A DNA stretch of 64,000 bases from Felis catus. Lineage: Eukaryota. Under the pieces are notes generated by a model. The model had not been told where the DNA came from and searched no databases. It saw nothing but the letters and a program-made list of their open reading frames with translations. How positions within the stretch are numbered: position 1 is the first letter of the stretch; every line of letters begins with the position of its first letter. Positions 1 to 13,021 of this stretch are shown piece after piece. Location: NCBI RefSeq assembly GCF_018350175.1, contig NC_058368.1, forward strand, positions 49,725,815 through 49,789,814, in the 5' to 3' direction. The translations under genes were made by a program, and so were the position numbers.

Positions 1-213
1 AATACCAACAACAGAAAAAACCAGTCTACATATGTACAATGGCTTAGGATTGGCGTACTCTAGTAAGACCGAGGTCCACCAGCTAGGACACGGGCGCAGC
101 ACCAGACTCAAGTGCTTCTGTCAGCTCTGGTGTCCAGTGCTGGGCCAGCAGCATACAGACTCTTCCCTTCCTCCGTTCTAAGAGCATGTTCTGCTGAGAG
201 GGCACTTCTTCAG
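1..213 (-). other. TBC1D4: Proximal 3' UTR of TBC1D4 (continues beyond window start)
   Basis: Directly downstream of the TAA stop on the minus strand; polyA site not seen in window. Confidence 0.85.
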
Positions 214-447
214 TTATGGCTTGTTTCCTGTCTTGGCTTTGTTGTTAGGGTTGCAGTTGAGGTCCCTCAGCAGAAATTCACAATTGGCAAGCGCATCGGT
301 GGGCAGCAGCTTCCGGATCTGCTCCACTGTCTTTTGATAAGCCATTTTCTCTTGTTCCAGAGTCCGGATTAAAGACTTCATTTTGGTCTCTCTGGTCAAA
401 AGGTTTTCCAGGTTGGATTCCAAGGTCTGGATTTTAGCATGGGCTAA
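214..447 (-). CDS. TBC1D4: TBC1D4 exon 21 (terminal coding exon; C-terminal coiled coil)
   Basis: CAG acceptor at 448-450; [34 protein letters not shown]...[10 protein letters not shown] then TAA (214-216); 234 nt, phase 0; matches the AS160 C-terminus. Confidence 0.96.
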   Translation of the reverse strand, partial: LAHAKIQTLESNLENLLTRETKMKSLIRTLEQEKMAYQKTVEQIRKLLPTDALANCEFLLRDLNCNPNNKAKTGNKP

Positions 448-950
448 CTGTTTGGGGGAAAGGAAAAACAATTCTTCCAAACAAATTCTTCCAAATCAAA
501 AATCTGAAGACTCTGGTTCCTCATCAGACCAGCATCCCGACCTTACATGCATTAACCAATCATATCATATTACTTAATGAATAAAATAGTATGTGAAACA
601 AATACTTTGAAACCCTTCATGAAATGGATATTTTTCAGCTGCTCTAAAATAAAACTGTAGTACCAAAAAAATACATCTCATTTCACTGAATACACCAACA
701 TGCAGTATTAAATCAGCATCCTACAGTGGCGGGGCCACTGGAGTGAGTGGGATCTGGATGAAGGAGAAAAAGGAGATTCCTGATGCTTCCTGGAGGTGCT
801 AAAAGAGGCTTTTCACCCTCTGACTAGAAATATAGGGTTTTCTAAACACATACTTTGGATCCTATCAGTTTCAATTGGTGTCAGGGGTTCCCACATAACT
901 TGGGAACCAAGACATGATAATGATATTTAACTGTCAATGAGAAAGTCTGT

Positions 951-1178
951 GGAGCACCACCTGGGTGACTCAGTTGGTTGAGCATCCAATTTCAGCTTAG
1001 GTAATGATCTCGTGGATCGTGAGTTCAAGCCCCATGTAGGGTTCTGTGCTGACGGCTCAGAGCCTGGAGCCTGCTTCAGATTCTGTGACTCACTCTCTCT
1101 CTGCCCCTCCCCTGCTCATGCTCTCTCTCTCTCTCTCTCCCCCTCTCAAAAATAAACATCAAAAAAAGAAAAAAAGAA
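951..1178 (+). mobile_element. Can-SINE (feliform tRNA-derived SINE)
   Basis: tRNA-like head, (CT)n tract, AATAAA and A tail; TSD aaagtctgt at 942-950 and 1179-1187. Confidence 0.93.
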
Positions 1179-1210
1179 AAAGTCTGTAACCATTAATAAA
1201 AGTCATTATA

Positions 1211-1402
1211 GGGATGTCTGGGTGGCTCAGCCATTTAAGCTGGATTTTGGCTCAAATCATGATCTCACTGTACGGGATGGAGCCCTGCATCAGGCTCCAT
1301 GCTGACAGCACAGAGCCTGCTTGGGATTCTCTTTCTCCCTCTGCCCTTCCCCCACTCGCACATGTGCACTCTCTCAAAATAAATAAATAAACTTTTTTTT
1401 TT
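1211..1402 (+). mobile_element. Can-SINE
   Basis: gggatgtctgggtggctcag head; TSD aaagtcattata at 1199-1210 and 1403-1414. Confidence 0.92.
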
Positions 1403-1627
1403 AAAGTCATTATAAAATGGGTCCAAACCCACTTTCCCTAATAAGGAAGTGCTCAATTAATCACCACTGAAGCATCGAGTAATAATATTTCCTTTTTTAA
1501 AGTAGACAATGTTGTCTCTTTCTTTGAATAGGCATATAATTTTCTGTAGGCAGAGGCTAATGGAAGATGAAGTGAACGAAGTCAGTGTTCCTATTCTTGG
1601 AGCAATTACTCTAGAGACTCCTCATTT

Positions 1628-1841
1628 TTAAAAAATTTTTAATGTTAATTTTGAGATAAAGAGAGACACACAGAGCAAGCAGAGGAAGGGCAGAAAGAGA
1701 CAGGAGGATACAGAATCTGAAGCAGGCTCCAGGCTCTGAGCTGTCAGCACAGAGTCCAACGTGGGGCTCGAACCTATGAACTACGATATCATGACCTGAG
1801 CTGAAGTTGGATGCTTACCTGACTGAGCCACCCAGACAGCC
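1628..1841 (-). mobile_element. Can-SINE
   Basis: Reverse complement head ctgagccacccag; imperfect TSD agagactcctcattt / agagatccctcattt. Confidence 0.92.
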
Positions 1842-2978
1842 AAGAGATCCCTCATTTCTAAGGCTTTCTCTCCTAGTCATTCTTGTCAGGGGACTCACCA
1901 TATAGAAACAGAGTTTTAGTGGTCTCTAGTTTGGGGACAGGTGTCATTCTGGAAAATGGGGGGTAAACAGAAACCGAGGAGCCATGAGACGCTTAAGCTC
2001 CAACTCTGAACACATTTTCCCCCACCCCTCAGAAGGTTCTCCTTCTAACCTCCCCTCCACCAATCACTCTCAAACCCGGCCCCTCAGGGCTTGGCTATAC
2101 AGCACTTATCATACAAGTTACAGGTGCAGAATATTAGTTTATACTAACTTGCTTATTGCATTTGTAAATATACATTTATAAATACATATACAGTATTTTA
2201 TATTCCCAAATAATTGTAAACTTGATGGCAGGGACTATGTGTTACATGTTTTCATTCAATTCTCTCTAAAATGCTTCCTTTTCTTTCCATTTCACTGAGT
2301 TTTACTCTAGACAATTTCCACTGCAAATCATTTCTGCAAATGATTTCTAGCTGATCTCCACACCTTCTCTTCCCATTCAAATGTGTCCTCATCAAGGTTT
2401 CCACACTGATCTTTTGAAAATACAGTTCAAAAACCCTGAGAGATTTCCTTCTCAGCAGGATTAAAACCATGCTCTTCTGTTTGACACTGAAAGTTATCTA
2501 CAGTTCTGCCTCCATCACATTCATCCCATCTCTCCCGAACATAAACCTTAGACCCCAAGATTACTCTGCTGCTCTGTCCTGTCTTCCTCATTCATACCAA
2601 CCCCCCCCCCATTCATTTCTCCCACCAATCCCTCAGGTCCAGCTCAAGCCCCAAGGCCTCCAGAGCTCTCCCAATTCCCCATATTCAACCGCTCCTCCCC
2701 TGAATGTAGCCAAATATGTGCAACACCCTATAGGTATTTAACCAGATTCTACCTAGAATTGTCATTTAATATTTTGTGAGTGTAAAATTTCTCTCCCAAG
2801 TGATTTTGAAGTTTATATGGGCATCTGTAGCCCCCAGAACACTTGGACGCAGTCTGCCACACAGACCCTCTGTCAGCAATGGTTCACTCTATGTCACATC
2901 TCTGCCATTCCTGGTATATCGTTCCATGCATGGAGGAGGCAATCAAGTGCTTTTTTGATCAAATCTTTATATCCTTAC

Positions 2979-3155
2979 CTGCAACTTTTCTAGGAGGTCC
3001 ATGTTTTGTCTTTTCAGTTGGTTATTGGCCCTCTCCAGCTTTTCCAAAGGTTCACTATCCTCACAGGCGTATGAGGATTCCTGAAGCTCATCCTGCAGCA
3101 CGTGGTATTCCACCTCATATGCATGTAACTGTTTAGAAATATCCATCTCAAAAAC
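2979..3155 (-). CDS. TBC1D4: TBC1D4 exon 20
   Basis: [24 protein letters not shown]...[13 protein letters not shown]; 177 nt, phase 0/0. Confidence 0.96.
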
Positions 3156-4360
3156 CTGCCATGAAAACACAATGGGTTCATCTGGCTTTTAGTATGGAAT
3201 ACCAAAATACAGTCTGTGTATCTGGGGTACTTCACATAGATTTCCAAGTGCTTACTAATGAAGAATAATATGGCATATCAAAAGGAAGAAAAACAGATAT
3301 GACTGTCTATATAATGACAAATGGATTATTTCTACACAACTGAAACATTCTCATAATGAGGCCAAGACGATAGAATAAGTTAATGTTTAAGGGTATTTTG
3401 CAACTAAAATATACATAATCCAGTTACTCTCCAAAAATGTAGCATACCAGATACAACATTAGTTACTTGGTAATTCTTACCTATGTGAGAGATAATCTTT
3501 GCTGATTCTTACCTCTGTTAGAGGTAATCTATGCAAAATTGCATAGGGTATTTCTATAATAAAGAAACCAAAAATACTTCTAGTTACTTGGGAATGGGGT
3601 AGACAGGTCTTACACTAAATGTCTTCATCCATTTGCTAATCCTTGTAGGCCTCTATGCATCTCATATTCTACCACGCAGAGAATCTTCATAATTGCATTC
3701 CCTGAGCACTGCACAGAGCTGTAGGGTTTAATCGGGGCTGCCTCTGCTCTCCCATATCGCGACCCCGCAGCAAGACAGTTTGCTTAGAAGTCAGTGGATG
3801 TGTAATGGCTCCTTAGTCTAAACTTGCAAGGGAAGGGAGGCAGCAGCTGCCATTTAAGCAATGGTGTCTACACTAACACTGTGGGGAGAAAAGAAACCAC
3901 AACAAACCTGATTTATTTATCCTACCACGATCAGAGATACTCAAATATTAGGATTTAAATGGGTTGTCTAGACAACCTGGTCATCCCTCTCAAACAAGTG
4001 TCAGTTTTTCCCTACCTAGTGGGAAATCATGGACACAAGGGACTGTTGCACAACCATTAAAAATGATAGCATGGATCTATATTTATTGGTATGGAAAAAG
4101 AGAGGTTGTAATTTGCCCAATGTGACAGAGCTAGTAGGTGGCAGGGCACAAGAACAAGATGTCAAACTCCCTTTCTCTTGCTCTAAACCCTTTTATTGGC
4201 CATCCCAAGTGCCTCTAGGAAAGTGGTAAACTTTATCAACACTCATAAAGCATTACTGCTTTATCTACAAATCGGAAGCTTGGTCATGCCATCTGAGTAA
4301 CATCAATATACAACTACCACTTAACCTAGTCCCTGTGAAGAGCCAGGACTAGATACATGG

Positions 4361-4806
4361 TGTGCTGATTACTCTCCATTTGCTTCCCAGATCCAATTCT
4401 CTGCCCTCATCTATTCTGCTGGACCTGGGAGAAAGACCCTTGGGACCTGCATCTCCCTTTCACACCTCCTTTTCTGCTGGCTTCTGGTTGGGTATGGCCC
4501 AGGAGAGCAGCTGCAGGAAATCAGAAAGAGGAGGAGAGGTTGTATTTCTTCCTTGCTCCTTCCTTGCCTGGCTCACCAAAAGTACAAAAGCTCCAGAAAC
4601 TCCTCCTGCATAGTTCCAGCACTCACTGGGCCTAAAAACACTATTAGATCCTTCCTCTGCCCCCTCAACACCAGAATATCAGCAGCTTCCCTCTGTCACT
4701 AGCTCCTGAGCACCTGGTTCTCTTAACCCTGCCTAAACCTCTGTAAGTTGGTAGCTTTATTTGAATCATTAAAGACCGTTTCCTGCAAGGGACCCTAATC
4801 AATACA
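4361..4806. mobile_element. ERVL-type solo LTR, LTR33-like
   Basis: TG...CA bounded ~445-nt block with tccatttg-cttcccagatccaattctctgccc start and tttcctgcaagggaccctaatcaataca end, resembling LTR33 consensus as recalled; no clear TSD. Confidence 0.6.
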
Positions 4807-4999
4807 TGAAGTCTCATTTAAGCTTCGTAAAACCTCTCAGATCAGTATTGACCTATTTGAGAAGTAAGAATACTAGGGTTCAGAAGATTAGGGAGATGTG
4901 TACAAGCCCATCAACTAATAAAAAAGCTAGAGGCTGACGTAAATCCAATACTAATTCCAAAGCCTAGGCTCTTGCCACATGTACTCCTTATATATCTTA

Positions 5000-5187
5000 C
5001 TTTTTTTTTTTTTTTTTCGAGAAAGAAAGGGGGTGAGGGGCTGAGGAAGAGGGAGAGAAAGAATCCCAAGCAGGCCCCAAGCCCAGTGCAGAGCCCTACA
5101 TGGGGCTCGATCTCACGACTGCAAGATCATGACCTGAGCCAAAATCAAGAGTAGGATGCTCAACCGACTGAGCCACCCAGGCACCCC
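5000..5187 (-). mobile_element. Can-SINE
   Basis: T-tail, ctgagccacccaggcacccc head; TSD catgtactccttatata at 4978-4994 and 5188-5204. Confidence 0.93.
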
Positions 5188-5549
5188 CATGTACTCCTTA
5201 TATATTTAAGTAAGTCTCATTTTTATTTTATTTATTTATTTACTTATTTATTTAGTCAGTCTTCCTAACTCTGTCAGCTCTGTCTTCAGTCTTACCATTG
5301 GTCTAAATTGAGATTCACCAAACATTTCTTATGTAGCATTGAACCACTTTTCCTGTGCATAGCCACACAGGCAGTTTCACAATGTAGAAACTTCACAATA
5401 ACCTCACTTCCAAATAAAATAAATCTGATGAAATAAAAAAAAAATCTATCAAGCAAATCTAAGTCTTTATACTAAAGCATTTTTAATATATATTTAGTAG
5501 AGAAACTGCTGAGTGATCTTATATCTTGCCTTTATCATTTTAATCATAC

Positions 5550-5719
5550 CTGGGTAATAATTTTTTCCATTTCAGATGTATTCATATCAGGTAGCGTGGT
5601 TTTAAGAAACTCGACAATACTTTCAAAGTTCTCACATTCCATTATAAGTGTCTCCTGGCTGCTCAGCAGACTAAGTGCAACCTTAAATATAACTTCAGTT
5701 CCCTGAAGAAAAATAATAT
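5550..5719 (-). CDS. TBC1D4: TBC1D4 exon 19 (TBC domain C-terminal part)
   Basis: TAG|(D)[18 protein letters not shown]...EKIITQ|GTATG; 170 nt, phase 1/0. Confidence 0.96.
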
Positions 5720-6018
5720 CTAAAAAAAAAAGACATACGATTTTCATAATCAAAATTATGCATCCACTATTGTAAAAAGTACACTCTTTGTGTTAATGGA
5801 TTTTTGTGTTTCTTGTGGTGGTGTTGTTTTTAATGCAGTGGAATCACAAAATATTCTACAAAAGAATATGGTCAAAATCACCTAGATTAAATATATATAT
5901 ATGACTGAAACCAACAAACAGATGTTTAACTATTCTTCTTACTTCTTTAGGAATGTCAGATAAGGCCAGAGAAAAAGGTTAATTATATATCTCTTTGTCT
6001 ACGTATTTATAATTTTTA

Positions 6019-6230
6019 TTATTTATTTATTTATTTTTAAATGTTTGTTTATTTTTGAGAGACAGACAGAACATGAGCGGGGAGGGGCAGAGAGAGAGGG
6101 AGACATAGAATCTGAAGCAGGCTCCAAGATGTCAGCACAGAGCCCAATGCGGGGCTCAAACCCACGGACTGTGAGATCATGACCTAAGCTGAAGTTGGAT
6201 GCTTAACCAACTGAGCCACCCAGGTGCCCC
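6019..6230 (-). mobile_element. Can-SINE
   Basis: (ttta)n tail, head ending caggtgcccc; near-perfect TSD ta(c/t)gtatttataattttta. Confidence 0.93.
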
Positions 6231-6937
6231 TATGTATTTATAATTTTTAGTGGCAAATTTAGTGGAGACTAGGTAAACCTAAAGATGTTTATTCAACTGA
6301 TACTTCAATTTTGCTTCCCAAGACTAATACAAAAACAAATCAGCATAACCAATTAGTACTATTTAAATTCTTATTACCATAATAAAAAAGTAAATGCACC
6401 ATCCACATACAATTAAACCTATATTAGAGCAGGAAATTAAAAAAAAAAAAACTTTAAAAGAAAAATCAAAAGTAATATATAACCTAAATCAGAAGTGAAA
6501 GAGAAAAAAAAAAGAAAACCTACCCTAACTCTGAACTCTGCTTCCTAACAAATACAAACAGGCAATAGTTTTGAAAGTACCAGATATTTCTATATGAAAG
6601 GTTCAATCTTTGCCACTCTGGAATCAGTAATATGTAATAAGCAAGGGAGTCCTTAGAAAACAGGGAACTGTGACTTTGGCTCATGCATCTTTCCCTTTCC
6701 TGACTACCTCTATTCTCTACTAAATTCAAAGAAAAGGACTGAGCAGCTACTGCAGAGCTGACAGCATCAGTCATATTTTCATTGCAAAAAAAAAAAAAAA
6801 AGACCTGGGGAGGTTTGTTTCTTGAGCTCTGATATCACATTCCCAAGGTAAGTCAAAGAGAGATGCTTTCAAACATTGTTTTATCATTTTGATTTGGTAA
6901 ATTATTCTGAGAAGAAAAAATATATAGATCCTAAGAA

Positions 6938-6939
<2 letters not shown>

Positions 6940-6992
<53 letters not shown>
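6940..6992. repeat. (TA)n microsatellite
   Basis: Uninterrupted AT dinucleotide run. Confidence 0.95.
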
Positions 6993-6994
<2 letters not shown>

Positions 6995-8277
6995 GAATGA
7001 GAGGATTTTAAAAGACCCAAAAATAGGAACCCAACCCTACCCAAAAACTAAAGTGGAGAGAAGCAATCAAGTATTTCAATAAAGAAGAGAAATTTGGTGA
7101 ACATTTGATTCTGCACATCTTCATTTTTCTCTTTTGCTGCACTTTGTCCAAAGACCATATTACACTAATGCACTGTTTAACTTTTTAAACCACAGCCCCC
7201 AATAAGAAAGAAACTATATACTGTAATCTGGTGCATGTGTACATATTACACATATATCTTCAAAACTGAAGCTGATCCAAACATTTTCCTTACCATTTGA
7301 TATACTCTGATATTTTCGTTGTATTCCATTTTCACTCATTTTTTTTTTTTCTAATACTGGTAATAATCTACAATTGGGCCAAATACAATTTGACAAAGAG
7401 CTCCGATTTAGCAAAGGCAAAGTTACAAATATCACCATGGATACAAGATAAGCAGAATGTAAAAACTGTAGGAGCTCTTTCTGGGGTCACAGAGGTCCTA
7501 AACATCTTTAAGAACAAACCTCTAATAAAGAGTTGTTTTTATTTATTTTTTTATTTGTTTGCTTTTTAAATAATGGATTAGATAAAGATAACTAAAGACT
7601 TTTGAACAGATTTAAGGGCCCCCAAAAGATGCATGAACCATGTCATACTCTTTTATTCTTGGTGCCTAACAATGTGATGAAGCAGAAGGAACTCAGTAAC
7701 TAGCCCCATGCCTTACCGGCCATGTTTAGTGCTGTTACCCTGAGCCACCCAGTCTTAGAGACTGATGCCAGCACTGCACTGGCATGGAAGGAGGGTCACT
7801 TAAGCAACAAAACAGGAATTTCAGTTACCCTATTGACAAAATCAGACTGTCATTAGAAATCACACTGATATAAGTTACGTCCATTGACTCAACCAGAAAA
7901 CATGTTTCTCTCTGTTTTGAATTAGCGTTGAAGGAGATAATGGGGAAGTAAAAACAAAAATAAAAACTGAGCTAAGAAGCATGTGTATAAAAAAGTCTGG
8001 AAAATGATACATAGTAAATCCTTAGTTTGGATTAAAAAAAAACTTCTTGACAGTTTACTCAAATACAGGATCCAATTCTTTCCCTTTAATTTCAATTTCA
8101 TTTAAGACCAATATGATTTCAAACTACTCTCAGAAAAGAGCCAGGCAAATTTATTAAATTCCATTAGCAATTTGCTATTGTGTATAACACACGATAAAAC
8201 AATCAGGCACCACACTGGGGAGAGGGATATTCCTTGGATTAATAACATTGTACCATTTGATCATAGGCATCTCTTAC

Positions 8278-8437
8278 CAAAAACTCTGGCTACAAATCCT
8301 AGTGGAAACTGAGAGGCAAACAATGTGAGGAACCAGGGGGCAGCATAAAGACTGGGGCTGATTTCATTTTCTTCAAGATGATTGTAGAGATCTCTGTGAT
8401 AGTCATGAAGGAGCCTGGACAACTGGTACATTTGAAT
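8278..8437 (-). CDS. TBC1D4: TBC1D4 exon 18 (TBC domain); not in ORF track
   Basis: Hand translation: [56 protein letters not shown](D)|GTAAG; 160 nt, phase 0/1. Confidence 0.96.
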
Positions 8438-10639
8438 CTAAAGTTAATTTGGAGAAGAAAAATAAAATATTATGCATTTATCTGTGCATAAAATATACTA
8501 ACTTTAATTTTATTTACCCCAATATTTAATAACAAAGTCACACATATTCAATACATGAAAGTAGTTAGTATTTTATTTTTATTATGTTAAAGTTGATATT
8601 AAAGTCCAAGTTCACTTAGCTGAGGTCATAAAGCAAGTCACTGAGAGTCCATCTGAGATGACTACACAGGTTTCTCTATCATATGTTTTTTGGTGTCACA
8701 TATGTACATGGAAATGGTTGTTTTTCCTCATGTAGGAAGGCACTGCTTTTGGAATTTAATCAGAATTGTCCTGGCTTAGGACTCTCATGGAAGGTCTATT
8801 TCAATTTCAGACCAATTCCAGAAAAGCCTCCATTCTAAAGACTCTACATTTAGTTCAGAAGCAAAGTTTGTCTCTGTTTGCTGGGCCCAGCAGCTGAGTT
8901 ACGATGGAGCTCTGGCTTCGACCCCACCAGGCAACGAGTGCTGCCAGGATGCTGCCTGGCTTAGAATGTTATGGAGGCAGAAGTTTGGGATAGGATTTCT
9001 AATATCCAAGGTATTCCAGCAGCATATTTTTTATGAAAAGGGATTAAAGCCAAAAGTGCTCTAGTATTAAAAGAAGAAATTATTTCATTCAGTTACTGTT
9101 TTATTATTGGTATTTTAAAAAACATTATAAAGGCAGAATTACAGCCTTTAAACTCATATGTCTGTGGTCGCTAAAGGTAAGGCAGTAGCAAATAATCAAC
9201 AAATTTGTGAAGTGTTTACATTTTTATCCACACAGTAACATCCTGAGTAGTGGTTCCTTGATCAGTTATATCCGTTTGACATTTTAGTGTGAAATGTGTA
9301 TGCTATTTTATTAAGTCTAGCACAACTTCTTTCACTAGACAATATCATCAAAATGTTACCCTCAGGTAGTTAGCTTTATAAAAACGCATCAAAATAACCA
9401 ATTATATTGTGAATTCAACAGTTGTTTCCAGAGCGCAAAACTAAAAATCAAAGTACTATATATAAATACGGAAAATTATTTGTTTGATCTTTATCAATAA
9501 CACATATCTGTGGAAACTAAGGTCCCACACAAACTAAAAGGACAGAAAGAGCCACAGGAAGTCATAGCCATGGAACACAGAGCTTAGCTGCAGTCAAACA
9601 TAAAGGTTTACAAGAATGCGATTATTATCTCAGTCATGTTGAAAAAAATCATAGATTTCCCTGAGGCCATTTATAATTTAGAAACTAGACATCCTATGTT
9701 CCATCAATAGAAGAATTAGTATTTTGGCAGCACGAAAATCAAAGAAGTCTAATTAGCAGGATAAAGAGAAAGCATATTGGCAAAAGCATTCTGTTCTTGT
9801 TCTGTTAGGATTGTGACACAGAAGCAATACTTCAGCGTTATTTTTTTTAAGAACCTTTTTCTTTTCTGCATTCGAAACCAGGAGATCGGAACATTTCTTC
9901 CATCAAGGTATATTTACATTAAATTTCTTCTGATAAAATCAAATAAAAACATAATTCAATCTTCCTTTGAAGGAAACTTTAATAATAAAATGCCATCTGC
10001 TAAGAATAAGTAATTCTTCAGTTCTACCATACAGATAACATGGCAACTCTTCCAATGGAAGATTTAGAGTCCGAGGAGGGAGATGTGGAGAGAGATGAGA
10101 AAGGTAGAGAAGATGGGGAGAGGGGAGAGCAAAGACGTCAGATAAAAGACACAATGCTTTGACACTCAACACAGAAAACTGCAGCCACAGAACATAAGGA
10201 GACAAAGTTAAAAGAGACCTCAACTCCCTCATTTTATGGATAAGGGAACCCAGGCCAAGAACCTGGAGTGTCCACGCTCACACTGTGCAGGTAACCAGAA
10301 ATCCTACCAAGTGATCCATGCCCACTGCTGTTTCCACTTCTGAAAGTTACATTGATTGGATAAAAAAAACACTTTCTGCTCCTGAAGGTGGAAAAGTGTT
10401 GTACCTCACTTACAGAGCAAGAAGATCTATTCTCCTGGAATAAGGTCCCCAATCTTGCAGGTTCTACAAATGCTACCAAAGATTAAAACATCTTCATTGT
10501 CATAATTATGGACATAAAATATTTACTGGCAATTGCAAGTCATATAAATGTGTTAATCCAATTTACATGAATTCTTATGATACCAAACTGATGATTTTTT
10601 TAAATTGAAAACAACTGCATTTCTAAATTGAGAACTACA

Positions 10640-10897
10640 TTTATTTATTTACTTACTTATTTATTTATTAGAAAGAGCCCAAGCGGGGAAGAAGGTCAGA
10701 GAGAGGGAGAGAGAAAGAGAGAAGAGGGAGAGAGAGAGAGAGAGGGACAGAGAGAGAGAGGGAGAGAGAGAATCCTAAGCAGGCTCCACACTCAGCACAG
10801 AGCCTGATGCTGGGCTTGTTCCCACGACCCTGGAATCATGACCTGAGTGGAAATCAGGTGGCAGAAGTTCAACTGACTGAGCCACCGAGGCACCCCC
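10640..10897 (-). mobile_element. Can-SINE with expanded (GA)-rich tract
   Basis: Reverse complement SINE body; GA-rich run about 10698-10770. Confidence 0.9.
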
Positions 10898-11269
10898 TGC
10901 ATCTCTCTTTCCACTTAAGGACCTAAATCAAACACTACTCACAGGTATTTCCCATTCTTTAATATTTTTAATATTAGCTATCCAAACCTATTTCTGGAAA
11001 TCAGAGCTACTTAATTCGTTACAAGGGCACCAATGCTTACTATCCAGTATTAGATACTTTAGAAATAAAGTAAAAAATAAAACATTCCATTGTCGTTATT
11101 TGACTTGTGGCATGTTAACACACCTGTGAATAGTCATCAACTAGGAATCAAGTCACTATATTTATGGATCCTGATAAAGACCCTTTATATGAACTCACAT
11201 CTGAAAACCCAATGTTAAGAGGGAAACCCTAGCTCCCTAGCAAAAATTTCATCTTAAAAAAGTAAAGAA

Positions 11270-11490
11270 GGGGTGCTTGGCACCTGGGTGGCACAGTCGG
11301 TTAAGCCTCCGACTTCGGCTCAGGTCATGATTTCACAGCTTGTGGATTTGAGCCCCATGTCGGGCTGTGTGCTGACAGCTCAGAGCCTGGAGCCTGCTTC
11401 AGATTCTGTGTCTCCCTCTCTCTCTGCCCCTCCCCTGTTCATACTGTCTCTCTCTCACTCAAAAATGAATAAATGATAAAAAAAATTTTT
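11270..11490 (+). mobile_element. Can-SINE
   Basis: cacctgggtggcacagtcggttaag head, gagcctggagcctg body, A-rich tail. Confidence 0.92.
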
Positions 11491-12481
11491 TTAAAGAAAA
11501 TGAATCGCTTCCTCTCCATTGATCCTCTCAAGAAAATACCATTTACTGTAACATTCACAAGGTGAAAACCGAGTCCTTTTTTGCCTGTAGAATGGTAACT
11601 AAAATATTAAATGTAAAAACTGATCCTTAGGAACCAGGAAAAGAATATATTTTAAAAGCATTTTTAAAATATTTCACTTCTTATCTACAGCATGATATTA
11701 TGACTAACAGATCTTGCCTACCTCATTTCAAAGGAGGAGAACTCTGACATTCCTCTCTCGAAAGTCTTCTTTTATATTTTTACTACTAAAAGCTTTAAAT
11801 TGAAAGGTAGTGGCGGTTGGTGATATCATATCTATAGATAAAATTTAAACTGCTTGTTAGAAACCAATACACTAAGGAAAGGGGAATTTTAACTAGAAAG
11901 GAGAAATGTGTAGACAGGGAGTCCGAAATAGGTTGAAGATCGCAGTGGGAGTGAGTACCCCGCTTAAAAGGACTAAAACATCTTAATGGTGCTTCTTCAG
12001 TGCATGCTAAGAAAAGCGGACAGAAAACTACCACTGACTTTGGGCACCTTTTCCTCTAGAAGGACCTATCTGACATAAAGATAAAGGAGGAGAGACATGG
12101 TAAGTTCAAGAAGAACCATGACACAGATATGTGCTGCTGATGCACTCACAGTAAAAGAATAAGGACATATTTTTAGATTAAAAAAAAAAAGATTTGATTC
12201 TATTCAATTGACAGGTTGAGGAAAAGTGAATAAAGAAGACTTGATTCTTTCTCTATTTCCACTTGCAGACTTAGGGGAGAGAGACTTAAGTACCCACTAC
12301 TTTTCTAGAATTGCTCATTTATTCACTTCAGGAACTTTATGGAAGAGTTTTTCTGCATATAGATGTCCTACTCTTACAGGTTTAGCAAAAGTACAAATCC
12401 CACATACTAAAACGTCAAAAGAAGTCTCTATGTTTATACTAATTCCAAGACAATGGGCCCAAATTTCTTTCAGTCTTTTCT

Positions 12482-12694
12482 AAAATTTGTTTTACTGTTT
12501 ATTTATTTTTGAGAGAAAGAGAGAGAGGGAGAGTGCAAGTGGGGGAGGGGTAAAGAGAGAGACACACACAGAATCTGAAGCAGACTCCAGGCTCCAAGAT
12601 GTCAGCACAGAGCCCGACCTGGGGTTCAAACCCATGAATCACAAGATCATGGACTGAGCCGAAGTCAGACGCTTAACTGAGCCACCCAGGCATT
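12482..12694 (-). mobile_element. Can-SINE
   Basis: Reverse complement body; TSD cccaaatttcttt at 12458-12470 and 12695-12707. Confidence 0.92.
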
Positions 12695-12776
12695 CCCAAA
12701 TTTCTTTACATCTTAACTGTAATGTAGAAGAGGGCTAATGCTACGATTTCTGGTAACAGCTTCCCATGTGCCTCAC

Positions 12777-13021
12777 CTGCAGCGACATCATGTCAGGTCT
12801 GTACTGTTTGCGGAAGCCCTGGTCATACATGAGGAATTTCAGCATCTCAAAGGCTTGCTCTTCGCTCATGTGCAGAAGCAGGACTCCAGCCACAAAGCTG
12901 ATCCCCTGACAGTAACCCACTTCTTTGTCCAGCAATGAGTAGGCTTTCAAGAGGTTAAAGAGTGAGAGCTGCCCTGCCCCAAGCTGTGCTGAAAAATAAG
13001 GGTGAGTAGGAAATGTCCTTC
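12777..13021 (-). CDS. TBC1D4: TBC1D4 exon 17 (TBC domain; catalytic Arg finger and YxQ Gln finger)
   Basis: CAG|(G)[10 protein letters not shown]...[13 protein letters not shown]...[13 protein letters not shown]; 245 nt, phase 1/0; completes ILVDLGR (IxxDxxR) across the exon 16/17 junction. Confidence 0.97.

Noticed and set aside
444..450. Competing TAG 4 nt after the terminal exon CAG acceptor
   Set aside because: Not an in-frame NAGNAG; the upstream CAG follows the pyrimidine tract and restores the known C-terminus
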